NCBI GenBank assembly: GCA_951812775.1
Contig: OX638326.1
Span: 2,241,391 to 2,305,390 of the forward strand
Length of the DNA: 64,000 nucleotides
Direction of reading: 5' to 3'
Source: an uncultured Alphaproteobacteria bacterium
GTDB taxonomy: Bacteria; Pseudomonadota; Alphaproteobacteria; MPNO01; UBA2964
Shown piece after piece: positions 31,073 to 41,506 of this stretch. The notes below the pieces were generated by a model that searched no databases, was not told where the DNA came from, and saw only the letters and a program-made list of their open reading frames with translations. Each line of letters opens with the position of its first letter. Positions within the stretch are counted from its first letter, which is position 1. A program made the position numbers and the translations under genes.

Positions 31073-32728
31073 ATGGCCGTTGATCCGATTACCGTCGAAC
31101 TTTTGCGCAATCGCATCGCCAGCCTGATGGAAGAAATGGACTATCATTTCTATCGTTCTGGCTACTCCACCATCGTTCGCGAAAGCCGCGATTTCAGCTG
31201 CGTGATCGTCGATCCCAACGGCCGCCTGCTGGTCGCGCCGTGGATGTTCTTTCATTCCCCGGTTTATTTCCATCTCGTCCAGCGCATCAAAGACCTGTAT
31301 GGGCTAGAGGATCTCGCGGATGGTGATGTATTCGTCACCAACCATCCTTACGAAGGCAATATGCCCCATGCCTCTGATATGGGTTTTATCTCGCCGATAT
31401 TCTTTGAAGGCACGCTGGTCGCCTTTGCCGCAACGATTGCCCACAAGGCAGATGTTGGCGGCACTGTGCCAGGAAGCACCTATGGTTCGGCGACAGAACT
31501 TTATCACGAAGGCATGATGCTGCCGCCGATCCGTATCCATCGCGCAGGCGAACCGGTTGATGATGTCATGCGATTAATCTCCGCCAATACACGGGCGCCC
31601 TATGTTGTCCTCGGAGATATTTCGGGCCAGATCGGCGTCACTCGGATCGGCCGCAAACATATGCAGGAGATGTGCGCGCGGTTTGGGGTTGATACGGTGT
31701 TGGAATCGATGGAAGCGATGATTACCGCGTCTGGCGAAGAATTTGCCGCCGCCCTTAAAAACATTCCCGATGGTGTCGCTGAAGCAACCGGTTACCTCGA
31801 TCATGATGGGGTCGATGAGACCACTAAGGTTAAGCTCAACGTCAAGATCACGATTAATTCCGGCAAACTGCATTTCGATTTTACCGGCTGTGACCCTCAA
31901 ACACAGGGGCCAGTCAATCTCAGGATCGCGATGGTCGAAGCCTGTGTTTATTACTGTCTGATCGGTCTGATTGACCCCAACCTGCGTTATAGTGACGGCA
32001 TCCGCGATCTCGTCAGTTTCGAATTTGCCGAGCACAGTGTCGTGAGCGCCGAGCCGCCGAGCCCGTGTTCGAGCTATATGAAATGTTGCCTGAAGCTTTG
32101 TGACGTCATCCTGGAAGCGATGGATCCACTTTTGCCAGGTCGCGCGATTGCCCATTCCGGTGGGAGCGGCGGCTCGATCATCGTCGCCTGGAAAGGCGAT
32201 ACACGACCCAAACGCGGCAATCAATATGAATTTTTCGGTTCCGCCTATGGCGCGGGCACAGGCGTCGACGGTGCGTCAGGCGCGAGCGTCATGCTCGCAA
32301 ACCTGTTTGCTGCACCGGTAGAAATAATCGAGTCAGAATTTCCCTGCCGCATACGCGAATACAGCCTGAACACCGACTCCGGCGGTGCCGGTGAGTTCCG
32401 GGGAGGCCTGAATTTTGTTCGCGAATATGAAATGCTGGAACCAGCCGAAATCGTTTATCGCGCTGATCGTTCCATTGAATTGCCAGCCGGTATTCAAGGC
32501 GGCATGCCAGGTGGTCCCAGCCGTTTTGTCGTAAACCCTGGAACATCTGAAGAAGAACAAATGCCGTCTTCTGCCCGTATGAACCTGCCGGCTGGGACAA
32601 CGTTTCGGGTAAATGGACCAGGCGGCGGCGGTTATGGTGATCCTCGGAAACGTGACCGGGAAGCTCTCGCCGACGATATTGCAGAAGGCTACGTCTCCGA
32701 AGAGGCCGCTGCCAAATATTATCGGTGA
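31073..32728 (+). CDS. hydantoinase B / oxoprolinase family protein (HyuB-like)
   Basis: 551 aa. ATG lies 2 nt after the hyuA stop with a GGAG ribosome-binding site. Hydantoinase_B pattern. Confidence 0.8.
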   Translation: MAVDPITVELLRNRIASLMEEMDYHFYRSGYSTIVRESRDFSCVIVDPNGRLLVAPWMFFHSPVYFHLVQRIKDLYGLEDLADGDVFVTNHPYEGNMPHASDMGFISPIFFEGTLVAFAATIAHKADVGGTVPGSTYGSATELYHEGMMLPPIRIHRAGEPVDDVMRLISANTRAPYVVLGDISGQIGVTRIGRKHMQEMCARFGVDTVLESMEAMITASGEEFAAALKNIPDGVAEATGYLDHDGVDETTKVKLNVKITINSGKLHFDFTGCDPQTQGPVNLRIAMVEACVYYCLIGLIDPNLRYSDGIRDLVSFEFAEHSVVSAEPPSPCSSYMKCCLKLCDVILEAMDPLLPGRAIAHSGGSGGSIIVAWKGDTRPKRGNQYEFFGSAYGAGTGVDGASGASVMLANLFAAPVEIIESEFPCRIREYSLNTDSGGAGEFRGGLNFVREYEMLEPAEIVYRADRSIELPAGIQGGMPGGPSRFVVNPGTSEEEQMPSSARMNLPAGTTFRVNGPGGGGYGDPRKRDREALADDIAEGYVSEEAAAKYYR

Positions 32729-32741
32729 TTAAGAGAAGGGG

Positions 32742-33119
32742 TTAGGCCGACTTACGCTGTTTTCGCAGCTTCTCGCGACGGAGGCGACCGGTCGAGAGAC
32801 CTTCAAGCGTATTCAGGATATCATCATCCAGCTCGATAAAGTTGGCGGCAAGCAGTTTCCGATTAAAATCAATCCGTACAATTTCCACCCGGGTCACATG
32901 TTGAAACCGCTGATCACCAACCTCGGCTTTTATACCAACGACCGGTGTATCTCCAATCTGGAAGTCGCCATAAAAGGAATAGAGTAGAAAACCGCCCAGA
33001 CTCCAGTTTGCGGTTTCATAACTGCTGCCATTGAGATCAACCTTAATCGGCATCTCTTGAATTCGCCGGTCGCGGCGGCGCTCCTTGGATTTTCCTTTTA
33101 CTACCCGCATGTCATCCAC
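32742..33119 (-). CDS. PilZ-domain c-di-GMP-binding protein
   Basis: RRRDRR ... DLNGSSYETANWSLGG fits the RxxxR / DxSxxG PilZ motifs. 125 aa. Confidence 0.55.
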   Translation of the reverse strand: MDDMRVVKGKSKERRRDRRIQEMPIKVDLNGSSYETANWSLGGFLLYSFYGDFQIGDTPVVGIKAEVGDQRFQHVTRVEIVRIDFNRKLLAANFIELDDDILNTLEGLSTGRLRREKLRKQRKSA

Positions 33120-33284
33120 CTAGTCATCGTTCGGTAGAGTATCGCCGGCAATTAATGACAATTTATTAACAATTGGGGGGCCCAAACAAACATGGCGTAG
33201 TACCTTTCGGTTACCGGTTTCCCCTGTAGAATGAAGGCAGCGCCAAAAAATTAACGCCATACTCCTCTTACAAAAGATCGAAAT

Positions 33285-34529
33285 TTGACTCAGGAGAAAT
33301 CAAAAGGCCCCAGTAAGAAAGATCTCCATGCCGTTTATGCTTTTGGCATCTTCAGTATGGCGTTGATCGATATCTTTGTTCTGCTGATCCCGATCTTTGC
33401 CAAAGAATCACTGGGAATGTCTGACGGTGAAATCGGCATATTGGTCGGCGCCCGCTCATTGCTTTCGCTATTTCTTTCCATCCATGGTGGCGCTCTCATG
33501 GATCGTTTCGGTACCCGTCGCATAACCCTGATGTTCACGGGCACCGTCATTCTTTGCGGCCCGCTATTTCCCCTTCTCTCAACATTTTGGGCACTCTTTG
33601 TCCTTCAGGTTGTCAGCGGTTTTGCCATTTCCCTCGGCTGGTCAGGGGCGCAAACCTTGATTGCCCGGGTTGCAGAAGGAGACGCCGAGTATATTGGACG
33701 GTTCAGTACCTTTACCCGTATCGGCACAACTATTGCCCCGATATGTGCAGGTTTTCTATTCGATGTTGGCGGCGCCTGGCTTGCCTATGGCTTTGGAACG
33801 GTGTGGGCTATAGGTGCGGTATATGCGCTGTGGCGAGCACCCGAACCTAACCCACCACCACCATACTCGCCTGACACTCCCAAATTCAGTTTTATGGAGA
33901 TTATGCCGAAGCTGTCGGACTACACGGCAACCTTTGCACTTATGGCGATTCCAGCAGTTGCCTTTACGGCGGTCGCCATGCTGGTACGAAATTCGACATA
34001 TGGTATCCAGACCACTGTCTATGTCACCTACGCACAAGATGCCGGATTGACCGCGACAAAAATCGGTCTGCTCTTCGCCGCCATCGAGATGGCGGGGGCA
34101 TTAGGTTCCTGGTATTCTGGACGAATAATGCGGCGTTTCGACCCCATCCGAACCCTCGTCGTGACGACATTTATTACAGTATCCCTGGTAAGCGCGACCC
34201 CACTCCTCGGCGGGTTAGGATCCACAACCTGGTCGATCTTCGGGTTTCTCCTTATCGGTCAACTGTTCCGTGGCATGACACAAGGTGTTTCTCAGCCCAT
34301 TCTGTTCTCCGTACAGGCCATTTCCGTTACCCGAGAACAGCAAGGCACGGTGGTGGGTCTCCGACAAACCATGAACCGCTTCGGCGGCATCGTTATTCCA
34401 CCAATTATTGGAATTACGTCAGATTTTTACGGCCGCGAAGAAAGCTTCTACATTGTTGGGGGTGGACTGTTATTTCTACTGTTCTGTCTTGCCGTTTACG
34501 CGCGTTTCGTTCCAAGAATTGCGACTTAG
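33285..34529 (+). CDS. MFS transporter
   Basis: 12-TM pattern. 414 aa. Confidence 0.7.
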   Translation: MTQEKSKGPSKKDLHAVYAFGIFSMALIDIFVLLIPIFAKESLGMSDGEIGILVGARSLLSLFLSIHGGALMDRFGTRRITLMFTGTVILCGPLFPLLSTFWALFVLQVVSGFAISLGWSGAQTLIARVAEGDAEYIGRFSTFTRIGTTIAPICAGFLFDVGGAWLAYGFGTVWAIGAVYALWRAPEPNPPPPYSPDTPKFSFMEIMPKLSDYTATFALMAIPAVAFTAVAMLVRNSTYGIQTTVYVTYAQDAGLTATKIGLLFAAIEMAGALGSWYSGRIMRRFDPIRTLVVTTFITVSLVSATPLLGGLGSTTWSIFGFLLIGQLFRGMTQGVSQPILFSVQAISVTREQQGTVVGLRQTMNRFGGIVIPPIIGITSDFYGREESFYIVGGGLLFLLFCLAVYARFVPRIAT

Positions 34530-34566
34530 AGCGAATACGACTACTATGAGTGCCAGAAATTAAAAA

Positions 34567-34609
34567 ATCGATATTTCGTTGACTATCGTTTTTTTATCGA
34601 TATTTATGA
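34567..34609. promoter_or_regulatory. direct repeats ATCGATATTT x2 flanking an A/T-rich spacer upstream of the FAH gene; possible operator
   Basis: aaaaaatcgatatttcg...tttttttatcgatattt, read directly. Confidence 0.25.
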
Positions 34610-34628
34610 TTACAAAAGGGAGAGATTA

Positions 34629-35504
34629 ATGCGGCTTATTGCTTTTGATAAAAACGGAACCGCCACAATGGGCGCGCGCGATGGCGATAGCGTCGTCGAT
34701 CTATCAATTGCCGCACCGGGTTTGCCTCAGGACCTTACCGGTATAATCAAGCTCGGCCAGGCGGGGATAGACCAAATTTCTGCCGCTGTAAGCAGCGCCG
34801 GGGATGATGCCCGCGTTAGCCTTGAAGGCATCAAATATCTCCCACCATCCACCAATGCCGGCAAACTTATTTGTCTTGGCCTCAACTATACGGATCACGC
34901 CGCTGAAGGTGGCCATCAGAAACCCGAATATCCTTCCTTCTTTTTGCGGACCAATTCAACGCTGGTTGCCCATGGCGATCCGATCCTGCGCCCTGTGGTT
35001 TCGGAACAACTCGACTATGAAGCGGAAATGGTCGCCATCGTTGGCAAGCAGGCCCGCCACGTTAAACAAGCCGACGCGCTGGATTATATCTGGGGTTACT
35101 CGGTCTTTAACGAAGCCTCGATCCGCGAATATCAGCGCAAGACGGCGCAATGGACCATCGGCAAAAACTTTGACAACACGGGCGGGTTTGGCCCGGAAGC
35201 CGTTACCGCGGACGAAGTCCCGCCCGGGGGCAACGGACTCCGCATTCAAACGCGCCTGAATGGCGAAATTTTACAGGATGCGAACACCGACGACATGTTG
35301 TTTGATGTTGCCGAAACGGTTGAGTTACTGACAGAGTGTCTGACCCTTGAGCCAGGTGACATTCTGGTGATGGGGACACCATCAGGTGTCGGACATGCGC
35401 GTCGTCCACAGCTTTGGATGAAAGCCGGGGACGTTTGCGAAGTTGAAATCGAAAAAATCGGGCTTCTGCGTAACCCGATTGAAGACGAAGTTTTACCCGC
35501 CTAA
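34629..35504 (+). CDS. fumarylacetoacetate hydrolase (FAH) family protein
   Basis: ICLGLNYTDHA ... DYEAEMVAIVGK FAH-family signature. 291 aa. Confidence 0.75.
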   Translation: MRLIAFDKNGTATMGARDGDSVVDLSIAAPGLPQDLTGIIKLGQAGIDQISAAVSSAGDDARVSLEGIKYLPPSTNAGKLICLGLNYTDHAAEGGHQKPEYPSFFLRTNSTLVAHGDPILRPVVSEQLDYEAEMVAIVGKQARHVKQADALDYIWGYSVFNEASIREYQRKTAQWTIGKNFDNTGGFGPEAVTADEVPPGGNGLRIQTRLNGEILQDANTDDMLFDVAETVELLTECLTLEPGDILVMGTPSGVGHARRPQLWMKAGDVCEVEIEKIGLLRNPIEDEVLPA

Positions 35505-35526
35505 TACGGCCAGGAGAGAAAGACCC

Positions 35527-36165
35527 ATGGATCCGGTACAAGAAGCGATCGACTCTGTAGAAGCACTACGGAAACGAATTTCAAGCGTTGATGAAGATGG
35601 TCTAGACCTCATGTTTCGTGAGGCCAGAACGCACAATGGATGGACCGACAAACCTGTGACAGATGAACAGTTACAAAAACTGTTTCAGCTCGTCATCAAC
35701 TGTCCCACCAGTGGTAACTGTCTCCCTTCCCGTTTCGTATTTTGTCGATCCCCCGAAGCGAAGGCACGCCTGATTCCCTGTGTCGCGCCGGGCAATGCAA
35801 CCAAAATTGAAGCCGCCCCCGTATGTGTGATCATCGGATATGATGTTTCCTTTTGGGAACATTTGCCGCGGCTGTTTCCGCACAAAGATATGGCGGCCAA
35901 TTTCAGGGACAACCCCGCCGCTGCGGAAACCGGTAGTTTCAGAAACAGTTCACTCCAGGGTGGCTATCTCATGATAGCGGCACGGGCGATGGGTCTGGAT
36001 ATCGGTGCGATGTCAGGCTTTAACAACCAGGCCGTCGATGAAGAGTTTTTTGCCGGCACAAGTATTAAGTCGAATTTTTTGTGCAATATCGGCTATGGCG
36101 ATACGTCAGCTTTGTTCCAGAAATTGCCGCGTTTCGATTTCGACGATATCTGCGACGTAATCTAA
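35527..36165 (+). CDS. nitroreductase-family protein, RutE-like (putative malonic semialdehyde reductase)
   Basis: Near-colinear with RutE (..RTHNGWTDKPV.., PTSGNC.PSRFVF.RS.E.K.RL.P.., FRNSS.QGGYL..A.RA.GLD.G.MSGF.., SNFLCNIGYGD.S.LF.KLPR..F...C). 212 aa. Confidence 0.6.
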   Translation: MDPVQEAIDSVEALRKRISSVDEDGLDLMFREARTHNGWTDKPVTDEQLQKLFQLVINCPTSGNCLPSRFVFCRSPEAKARLIPCVAPGNATKIEAAPVCVIIGYDVSFWEHLPRLFPHKDMAANFRDNPAAAETGSFRNSSLQGGYLMIAARAMGLDIGAMSGFNNQAVDEEFFAGTSIKSNFLCNIGYGDTSALFQKLPRFDFDDICDVI

Positions 36166-36183
36166 TCAATAGAGGAATTAATT

Positions 36184-36648
36184 ATGGCGGAAGCAAAACC
36201 AAAGACTGTCGTCCAATACACCTTAAACGGTGAATCCATCTCGCACGCCCGCACAGACATCGAAACGCGTGATGTTGACGTGACGATTGATGAACCCACT
36301 CAGCGTAACGGGACCAATATGGGACTCACCCCGACCGAGACACTGGTGGCCGCACTCATCGGCTGCACGAATGTTATCGGCCAGCGGGCCGGAGAACAAC
36401 ACGGAGTCCATTTTGAGGATTTAACCGTCGATGCCCTCGCCGATTTTGATCGCCGCGGTGTCCTTTTCGAAGAAGAAATTGAGGTCCCGTTTCCAAAAAT
36501 TGTTATGACGATTACCGGGAAATCAGACGTTGATGACGCGCCTCTCGAAAAGGTGAAAGCCGATCTCGCCAAATTCTGTCCAATTGCAAAAGTCATTCGC
36601 AATTCGGGTACGGTCATCGAAGAAGTTTGGAATATCTCCAAACCCTAA
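36184..36648 (+). CDS. OsmC/Ohr-family peroxiredoxin-like protein
   Basis: Two conserved Cys contexts (LIGCTN, KFCPIAK). 154 aa. Confidence 0.6.
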   Translation: MAEAKPKTVVQYTLNGESISHARTDIETRDVDVTIDEPTQRNGTNMGLTPTETLVAALIGCTNVIGQRAGEQHGVHFEDLTVDALADFDRRGVLFEEEIEVPFPKIVMTITGKSDVDDAPLEKVKADLAKFCPIAKVIRNSGTVIEEVWNISKP

Positions 36649-36734
36649 GAATCAAATAGCCATTCCTTGGCTTTCAGGCCGCCGCTGTCTTTGACACTGG
36701 CGGTCTTTCTTTTCCTGTCATGAAGTAGAGCAGA

Positions 36735-37457
36735 CTAGCTCGCCGCAAACTCGGAAATTGATTCCCGGATGATGCCTGCTGTGCGTTCATAATGCGCCAT
36801 CAACAACGATACAGCTTCCTCAGCATCACGGCTTGTTGCCGCTTTCATCATTGCCTCATGCTCGTTCAGCTCGTTGCGCCGGGGATAACTGACAACGATG
36901 GCAAGCTGCCGATAACGATCGGCCTGATCATTTAACTGCGCACAATATTGCAATAACCAGCGGGAGCCGCACGCCGACAAAAGTGCTAAATGAAATGCCC
37001 GGTGCAAGCGTTCCCATTCAGGATTAACCGTATAGTGATCCTCGCTGGATGAACGACGAACCCGAGACAGACGATGGAAGGACAGGACCAGCCCCTCTTC
37101 CCATTCATCGTCGCCATTGGCAATCGATTCCCGCAAGGCAATCGCCTCAAGCCAGCAGCGCGTTTTCACGAGTTCCTCAAGATCGGCCCGGCTCGCCGAA
37201 ACGACGCGGAATCCTTTTTGGTCTTCCCGTGTGACAAGACCATCAGCAGATAGCCGGTTGAGGGCTTCTCGAATGGGGCTGTTGCCCACCTCATATCGCG
37301 CCCGCAATGCTTCAGTCCGAAGCTTTTCTCCAGGCGGCAACGAGCCGGAAAGAATATCCCCGCGTAACCGGTCATAAACGGTGGAAGCAAGTGTGCCCGC
37401 AGAACCCTGTCCTGCAAGATCTACTATTGAGGTCACTACTTTATCGTCGGGCGGCAT
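36735..37457 (-). CDS. GntR/FadR-family (FCD) transcriptional regulator
   Basis: N-terminal wHTH (LPPGEKLRTEALRARYEVGNSPIREALNRL), FCD domain, divergent from a TRAP operon. Confidence 0.75.
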   Translation of the reverse strand: MPPDDKVVTSIVDLAGQGSAGTLASTVYDRLRGDILSGSLPPGEKLRTEALRARYEVGNSPIREALNRLSADGLVTREDQKGFRVVSASRADLEELVKTRCWLEAIALRESIANGDDEWEEGLVLSFHRLSRVRRSSSEDHYTVNPEWERLHRAFHLALLSACGSRWLLQYCAQLNDQADRYRQLAIVVSYPRRNELNEHEAMMKAATSRDAEEAVSLLMAHYERTAGIIRESISEFAAS

Positions 37458-37615
37458 CGCATTTCCCGCTATTTCAACATATGAAACAAACTCGTGGTAT
37501 ATTAAAGCCGAAGCGGAGTCGGAAACACAACGAAATAATTTCGATATTTAATTGACAAGTCTATTTATTTCGACTTTCCTATCAAAAAACCAGAGCAATA
37601 ATTGGGAGAAAGCAT

Positions 37616-38708
37616 ATGTTAGCGAATAAGTTTAGTGTTGGGAGAACAACTGGGCTCGCTGCCGCAGTTGCCGTAGCGGTTACGGCGTTCAGCGGATCAG
37701 CGTTTGCGCAAAAGGAAATCAAACTCACGGCGATTGATGGCTATCCCGCCAAAGCGCTCTGGGTCAAAACCTTCATTAAGTATTTTGTGCCCGCCGTCGA
37801 TAAGGCGCTGGCCAAAACCGGCAACTATAAGATCAAGTGGAACCTCGCCTGGGGTGGCCAAATCGTAAAACCGAAGGGCGTGTTTAAAGGTCTGCAGAAA
37901 GGCCTCGGCGATCTTGGTATCGTCACCACGGTTTTCCATGCCGATAAGGTGCCGTTGCACGGGCTGTCCTTTGCAACACCCTTTGTGACAACAGATCCCG
38001 GCCTGCTGGCACGCACCTTTGATGACATGGTTGCCACGCACCCAGACTTCAAAAAAGGCTGGGAAAAATATAATCAGGTCTATCTGACAAACCTGGCGGT
38101 TCTTGATTCCTACAACATGTTTTTCAAGAAGCCGATCACCCAGCTTTCCGGCCTTAAAGGCAAGAAAATCGCCGCAGCCGGTTTGAACATGCGTTACCTC
38201 AAGAACACGGGCGCCAAAGGCGTCGGCGGTAGCCTTGTTGGTTATTACAACAAGCTTAAAACCGGTGTTGTTGACGGCGCCATGGTTTGGGCTGAAGCGG
38301 CGGTGATCTTCAAGATCGTTGAAGTTGCGCCTCACATGATGTGCGCCAGCCTCGACACGGTGAATTCCAAGGCTATTACGGTGAATACCAAGACCTGGAA
38401 AAAACTGCCAAATGAAGTGAAGCAGGCATTGCAGGCCGCTGCGATAATTTATCGCGACGGCACCAGCAAGGACGTCGAAGCCCGCTCAAAGGTGATGTAC
38501 AAGAAGTTTGCCCAAAAAGGGCGGCAAGGTCACACCGCTGAGCCAGGCGCAGCGCGAAGCATGGGCTAACAGCATGCCGAACGTTGCCAAGGATTGGTCA
38601 GCGAGCCTTGAGAAGAAGGGCATCGCGGGCAAAAAAATCCTCGCCGACTACATGAGCCGTATGCGGACTGCCAAACAGCCCATCATTCGCCAGTGGGACA
38701 AGGAGTAG
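37616..38708 (+). pseudogene. TRAP transporter solute-binding protein (DctP family) with a +1 frameshift in an A5 homopolymer at 38514..38518
   Basis: ORFs 37616..38569 and 38508..38708 overlap. Reading A4 instead of A5 gives a continuous ...KFAQKGGKVTPLSQAQREAW... (~363 aa). Confidence 0.7.
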
Positions 38709-38712
38709 CCCT

Positions 38713-39291
38713 ATGAGCGATCCGGGTAACCCCCGGACGGCGGAAACGATTGAAGGGGCGTCGCCAACCGGCGGCGCCCTTTCCCGATTTCTTTTCTGGT
38801 CATCGTCTGGTTTGAACGCTATCGGATCTGTCTGGATCTTCGTCCTGATGATCATGATTAATTGTGACGCCTTTGGCCGGACCTTTCTAAACCACCCGAT
38901 CGAAGGCGTTATTGAGCTGGTCGAAATGTCGATTGTCGCGATTGTCTTTCTTCAGCTTTCTGATGCGACACGCCGCGGACGCCTGACCCGCTCCGACGGA
39001 TTGTTTTCCAGAATCCTGTTACGCAAGCCTGCTATCGGGTGCACCATGGGGGCGTTGTTTGATCTTCTGGGCATTTTGTTCATGGTGATCATTATATACG
39101 GCACCATTCCTCTTCTTACTGAAGCCATAGATGAGAACCTTTATTTCGGCACTGAAGGCGTGTTCACAGCACCGCGTTGGCCGGTTTATTTTGTGATCAT
39201 CGTTGGTGGTCTGGTTACGCTGATGCAATTCGCCACCTTCACGCACCGCTATATTTGCGGAGGCTATAAACAGCCGGAGCAATCCTCATGA
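38713..39291 (+). CDS. TRAP transporter small permease (DctQ family)
   Basis: 192 aa, four TM segments, between the SBP and DctM genes. Confidence 0.75.
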   Translation: MSDPGNPRTAETIEGASPTGGALSRFLFWSSSGLNAIGSVWIFVLMIMINCDAFGRTFLNHPIEGVIELVEMSIVAIVFLQLSDATRRGRLTRSDGLFSRILLRKPAIGCTMGALFDLLGILFMVIIIYGTIPLLTEAIDENLYFGTEGVFTAPRWPVYFVIIVGGLVTLMQFATFTHRYICGGYKQPEQSS

Positions 39292-39303
39292 CCGGACTCG
39301 AAG

Positions 39304-40608
39304 TTGGCATCGCGTCCGGTCATGAGGATTGTAATCCTGATTTATGCGGGGCTGTACATTCCGGTTGCCCTTGGTCTGATGTCTTTTGTCGGCGTTTGGA
39401 TCATGCGGGAAGAGATCGATATTCCAATCAACCTCCTGTCACTATCTGTGGCGGATACAGTATCGCACTATGTTTTTGCGACCGTCCCCCTCTTCGCCCT
39501 GATGGGATTCCTCGTCAGTAAGGCCGGGTTGGGGAGAGACATCTATGATGTCGCGAATGCGATTTTTTATCGCGTCAGGGGCGGCCTTGGCATTGCAACT
39601 GTCGCTGCCAATGCAATCTTTGCCTCTGTCACCGGGTCAAGCATCGCCTCCGCGTCGGTCTTCACACGCATATCCGTTCCCGAAATGCGCCGCTTCGGAT
39701 ACGGCAAGCGCTTTTCCGTCGGTGTGGTCGCAGGCTCCTCTGTCCTGGGTATGCTTATTCCACCAAGTGCCATGCTGATCATCTATGCCATCGTTGCCGA
39801 ACAATCTGTCGGCCACATGTTTATTGCCGGTATTATCCCGGGCCTGCTCCTCGCCGTTGCCTATGTGATCGCCATTCTTCTGATGGCCATCATCATCCCT
39901 AAATTTGTCGGCGGTAATGCCAATGCTTCTGACGGTGACGAGTCCTGGCGCAATCTGACCATATTAGATATGGGAATTAAGATTTTCCCAATCGTGCTCC
40001 TTGTCGTCGTGGTTCTCGGCGGTATCTATGGTGGGGTCGTTACGCCCACAGAGGCTGGCGCGACAGGGTCACTCCTCGCGCTTCTCATCGCTATTTTTAA
40101 ACGCCGCATGAGCTGGAAATATCTATGGGAGGTGCTGGTTGAAACAGGCCATATTACCGCAACGATCCTGTTTCTCCTTATTGCCGCCTCAATGTATAGC
40201 CGCATGCTGGGTGTCGCGACCTTACCGAGCCAGTTTGGCGAATGGTTGCAGGGCTCGGGACTAACGCTGACCGAAGTCATGATTCTCTATGTGATCATGC
40301 TGGTCCTGCTGGGCACCATAATCGACACGGCGTCTATTATCCTGATTGTTGCACCGCTATTTTTGCCATCCATTGAAGCCTTTGGCGGCGACCTCGTTTG
40401 GTTCGGTATCGTCACCGTTATCGGCGCAGAGATCGGTCTGTTAACACCACCACTCGGAATATCCTGTTTCGTCATTAAGAGCACGATCAATGATAAGGAT
40501 ATTTCGTTGTTCGATATTTTTGCCGGTGCGGCACCCTTCGCCGTCATCATGCTGCTGATTCTGATGGTTATTATCGCCTTCCCGGTTCTTAGCCTTGCGC
40601 TTGTTTAA
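39304..40608 (+). CDS. TRAP transporter large permease (DctM family)
   Basis: 434-aa polytopic permease. Confidence 0.8.
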   Translation: MASRPVMRIVILIYAGLYIPVALGLMSFVGVWIMREEIDIPINLLSLSVADTVSHYVFATVPLFALMGFLVSKAGLGRDIYDVANAIFYRVRGGLGIATVAANAIFASVTGSSIASASVFTRISVPEMRRFGYGKRFSVGVVAGSSVLGMLIPPSAMLIIYAIVAEQSVGHMFIAGIIPGLLLAVAYVIAILLMAIIIPKFVGGNANASDGDESWRNLTILDMGIKIFPIVLLVVVVLGGIYGGVVTPTEAGATGSLLALLIAIFKRRMSWKYLWEVLVETGHITATILFLLIAASMYSRMLGVATLPSQFGEWLQGSGLTLTEVMILYVIMLVLLGTIIDTASIILIVAPLFLPSIEAFGGDLVWFGIVTVIGAEIGLLTPPLGISCFVIKSTINDKDISLFDIFAGAAPFAVIMLLILMVIIAFPVLSLALV

Positions 40609-40616
40609 GAAGGAAT

Positions 40617-41483
40617 ATGCCGATGCGCAATGTCACTGAAGACACACTCACCCAAGCCGTTCTGGAAACAATCTCCAAAGACGCTGATCCCCGATTTCAG
40701 GAAATTATGACCGGGCTCGTCAGCCATCTTCATGCTTTCGCCCTGGAGACAAACCTTTCTAAGGAAGAATGGCTCGACGCTATTGAATTTCTATACCAGA
40801 CGGGCAAGAAAACGACGCGCAATCGCAACGAATTTATTCTGTTGTCGGATACGCTCGGCCTCTCATCGATGGTCGATATGATTTCGAGCCGCGGTAACGA
40901 TGACGCCACGGATGTCAGTGTTCTGGGGCCCTTTTATATCGAAGGAGCACCCTTCATCAAGAATGGCGGCGACTTGATCGCGGACAATACTGGGCAGCAC
41001 ACGCTGGTCAAAGGGCGTATTTCTTCTACAGACGGCTCCCCTGTTCCCAACGCTCTTCTGGATGTCTGGCAAAATGCCGAAAACGGCAAATACTCCAATG
41101 AAGACCCTGAGCAGGACGACAATAATTTGCGGGCCCGGTTAAACGCCGCCGAAGATGGCAGCTATTCCTTTACGACGATCAGGCCAACACCTTACACGGT
41201 GCCCGAAGATGGCCCCGCCGGTGTTATGCTGGAGGCGATGGGACGTCACCCATGGCGACCGGCGCATATCCATTTCAAGATTTCTGCGGATGGTTTTCAG
41301 GATCTCATAACCGAGATTTATCCCGACGACGACGAGTATATCGATGCTGACGCCGTATTCGGTGTCCGAGACTCTTTGGCCGTAAGCTTTAAACCGGTCG
41401 CATCTGAAGAAGATGCCGCTCAATATGGGATTAAATCACCCTTCCTGACTGTGGAATATGATTTCCGCTTACGGCCCGTTTAA
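40617..41483 (+). CDS. intradiol ring-cleavage dioxygenase (hydroxyquinol/catechol 1,2-dioxygenase family)
   Basis: 288 aa. PWRPAHIHF and Tyr ligand regions match the intradiol dioxygenase fold. Confidence 0.65.
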   Translation: MPMRNVTEDTLTQAVLETISKDADPRFQEIMTGLVSHLHAFALETNLSKEEWLDAIEFLYQTGKKTTRNRNEFILLSDTLGLSSMVDMISSRGNDDATDVSVLGPFYIEGAPFIKNGGDLIADNTGQHTLVKGRISSTDGSPVPNALLDVWQNAENGKYSNEDPEQDDNNLRARLNAAEDGSYSFTTIRPTPYTVPEDGPAGVMLEAMGRHPWRPAHIHFKISADGFQDLITEIYPDDDEYIDADAVFGVRDSLAVSFKPVASEEDAAQYGIKSPFLTVEYDFRLRPV

Positions 41484-41506
41484 GACCGTAGAGAAGGAGT
41501 AACAGC

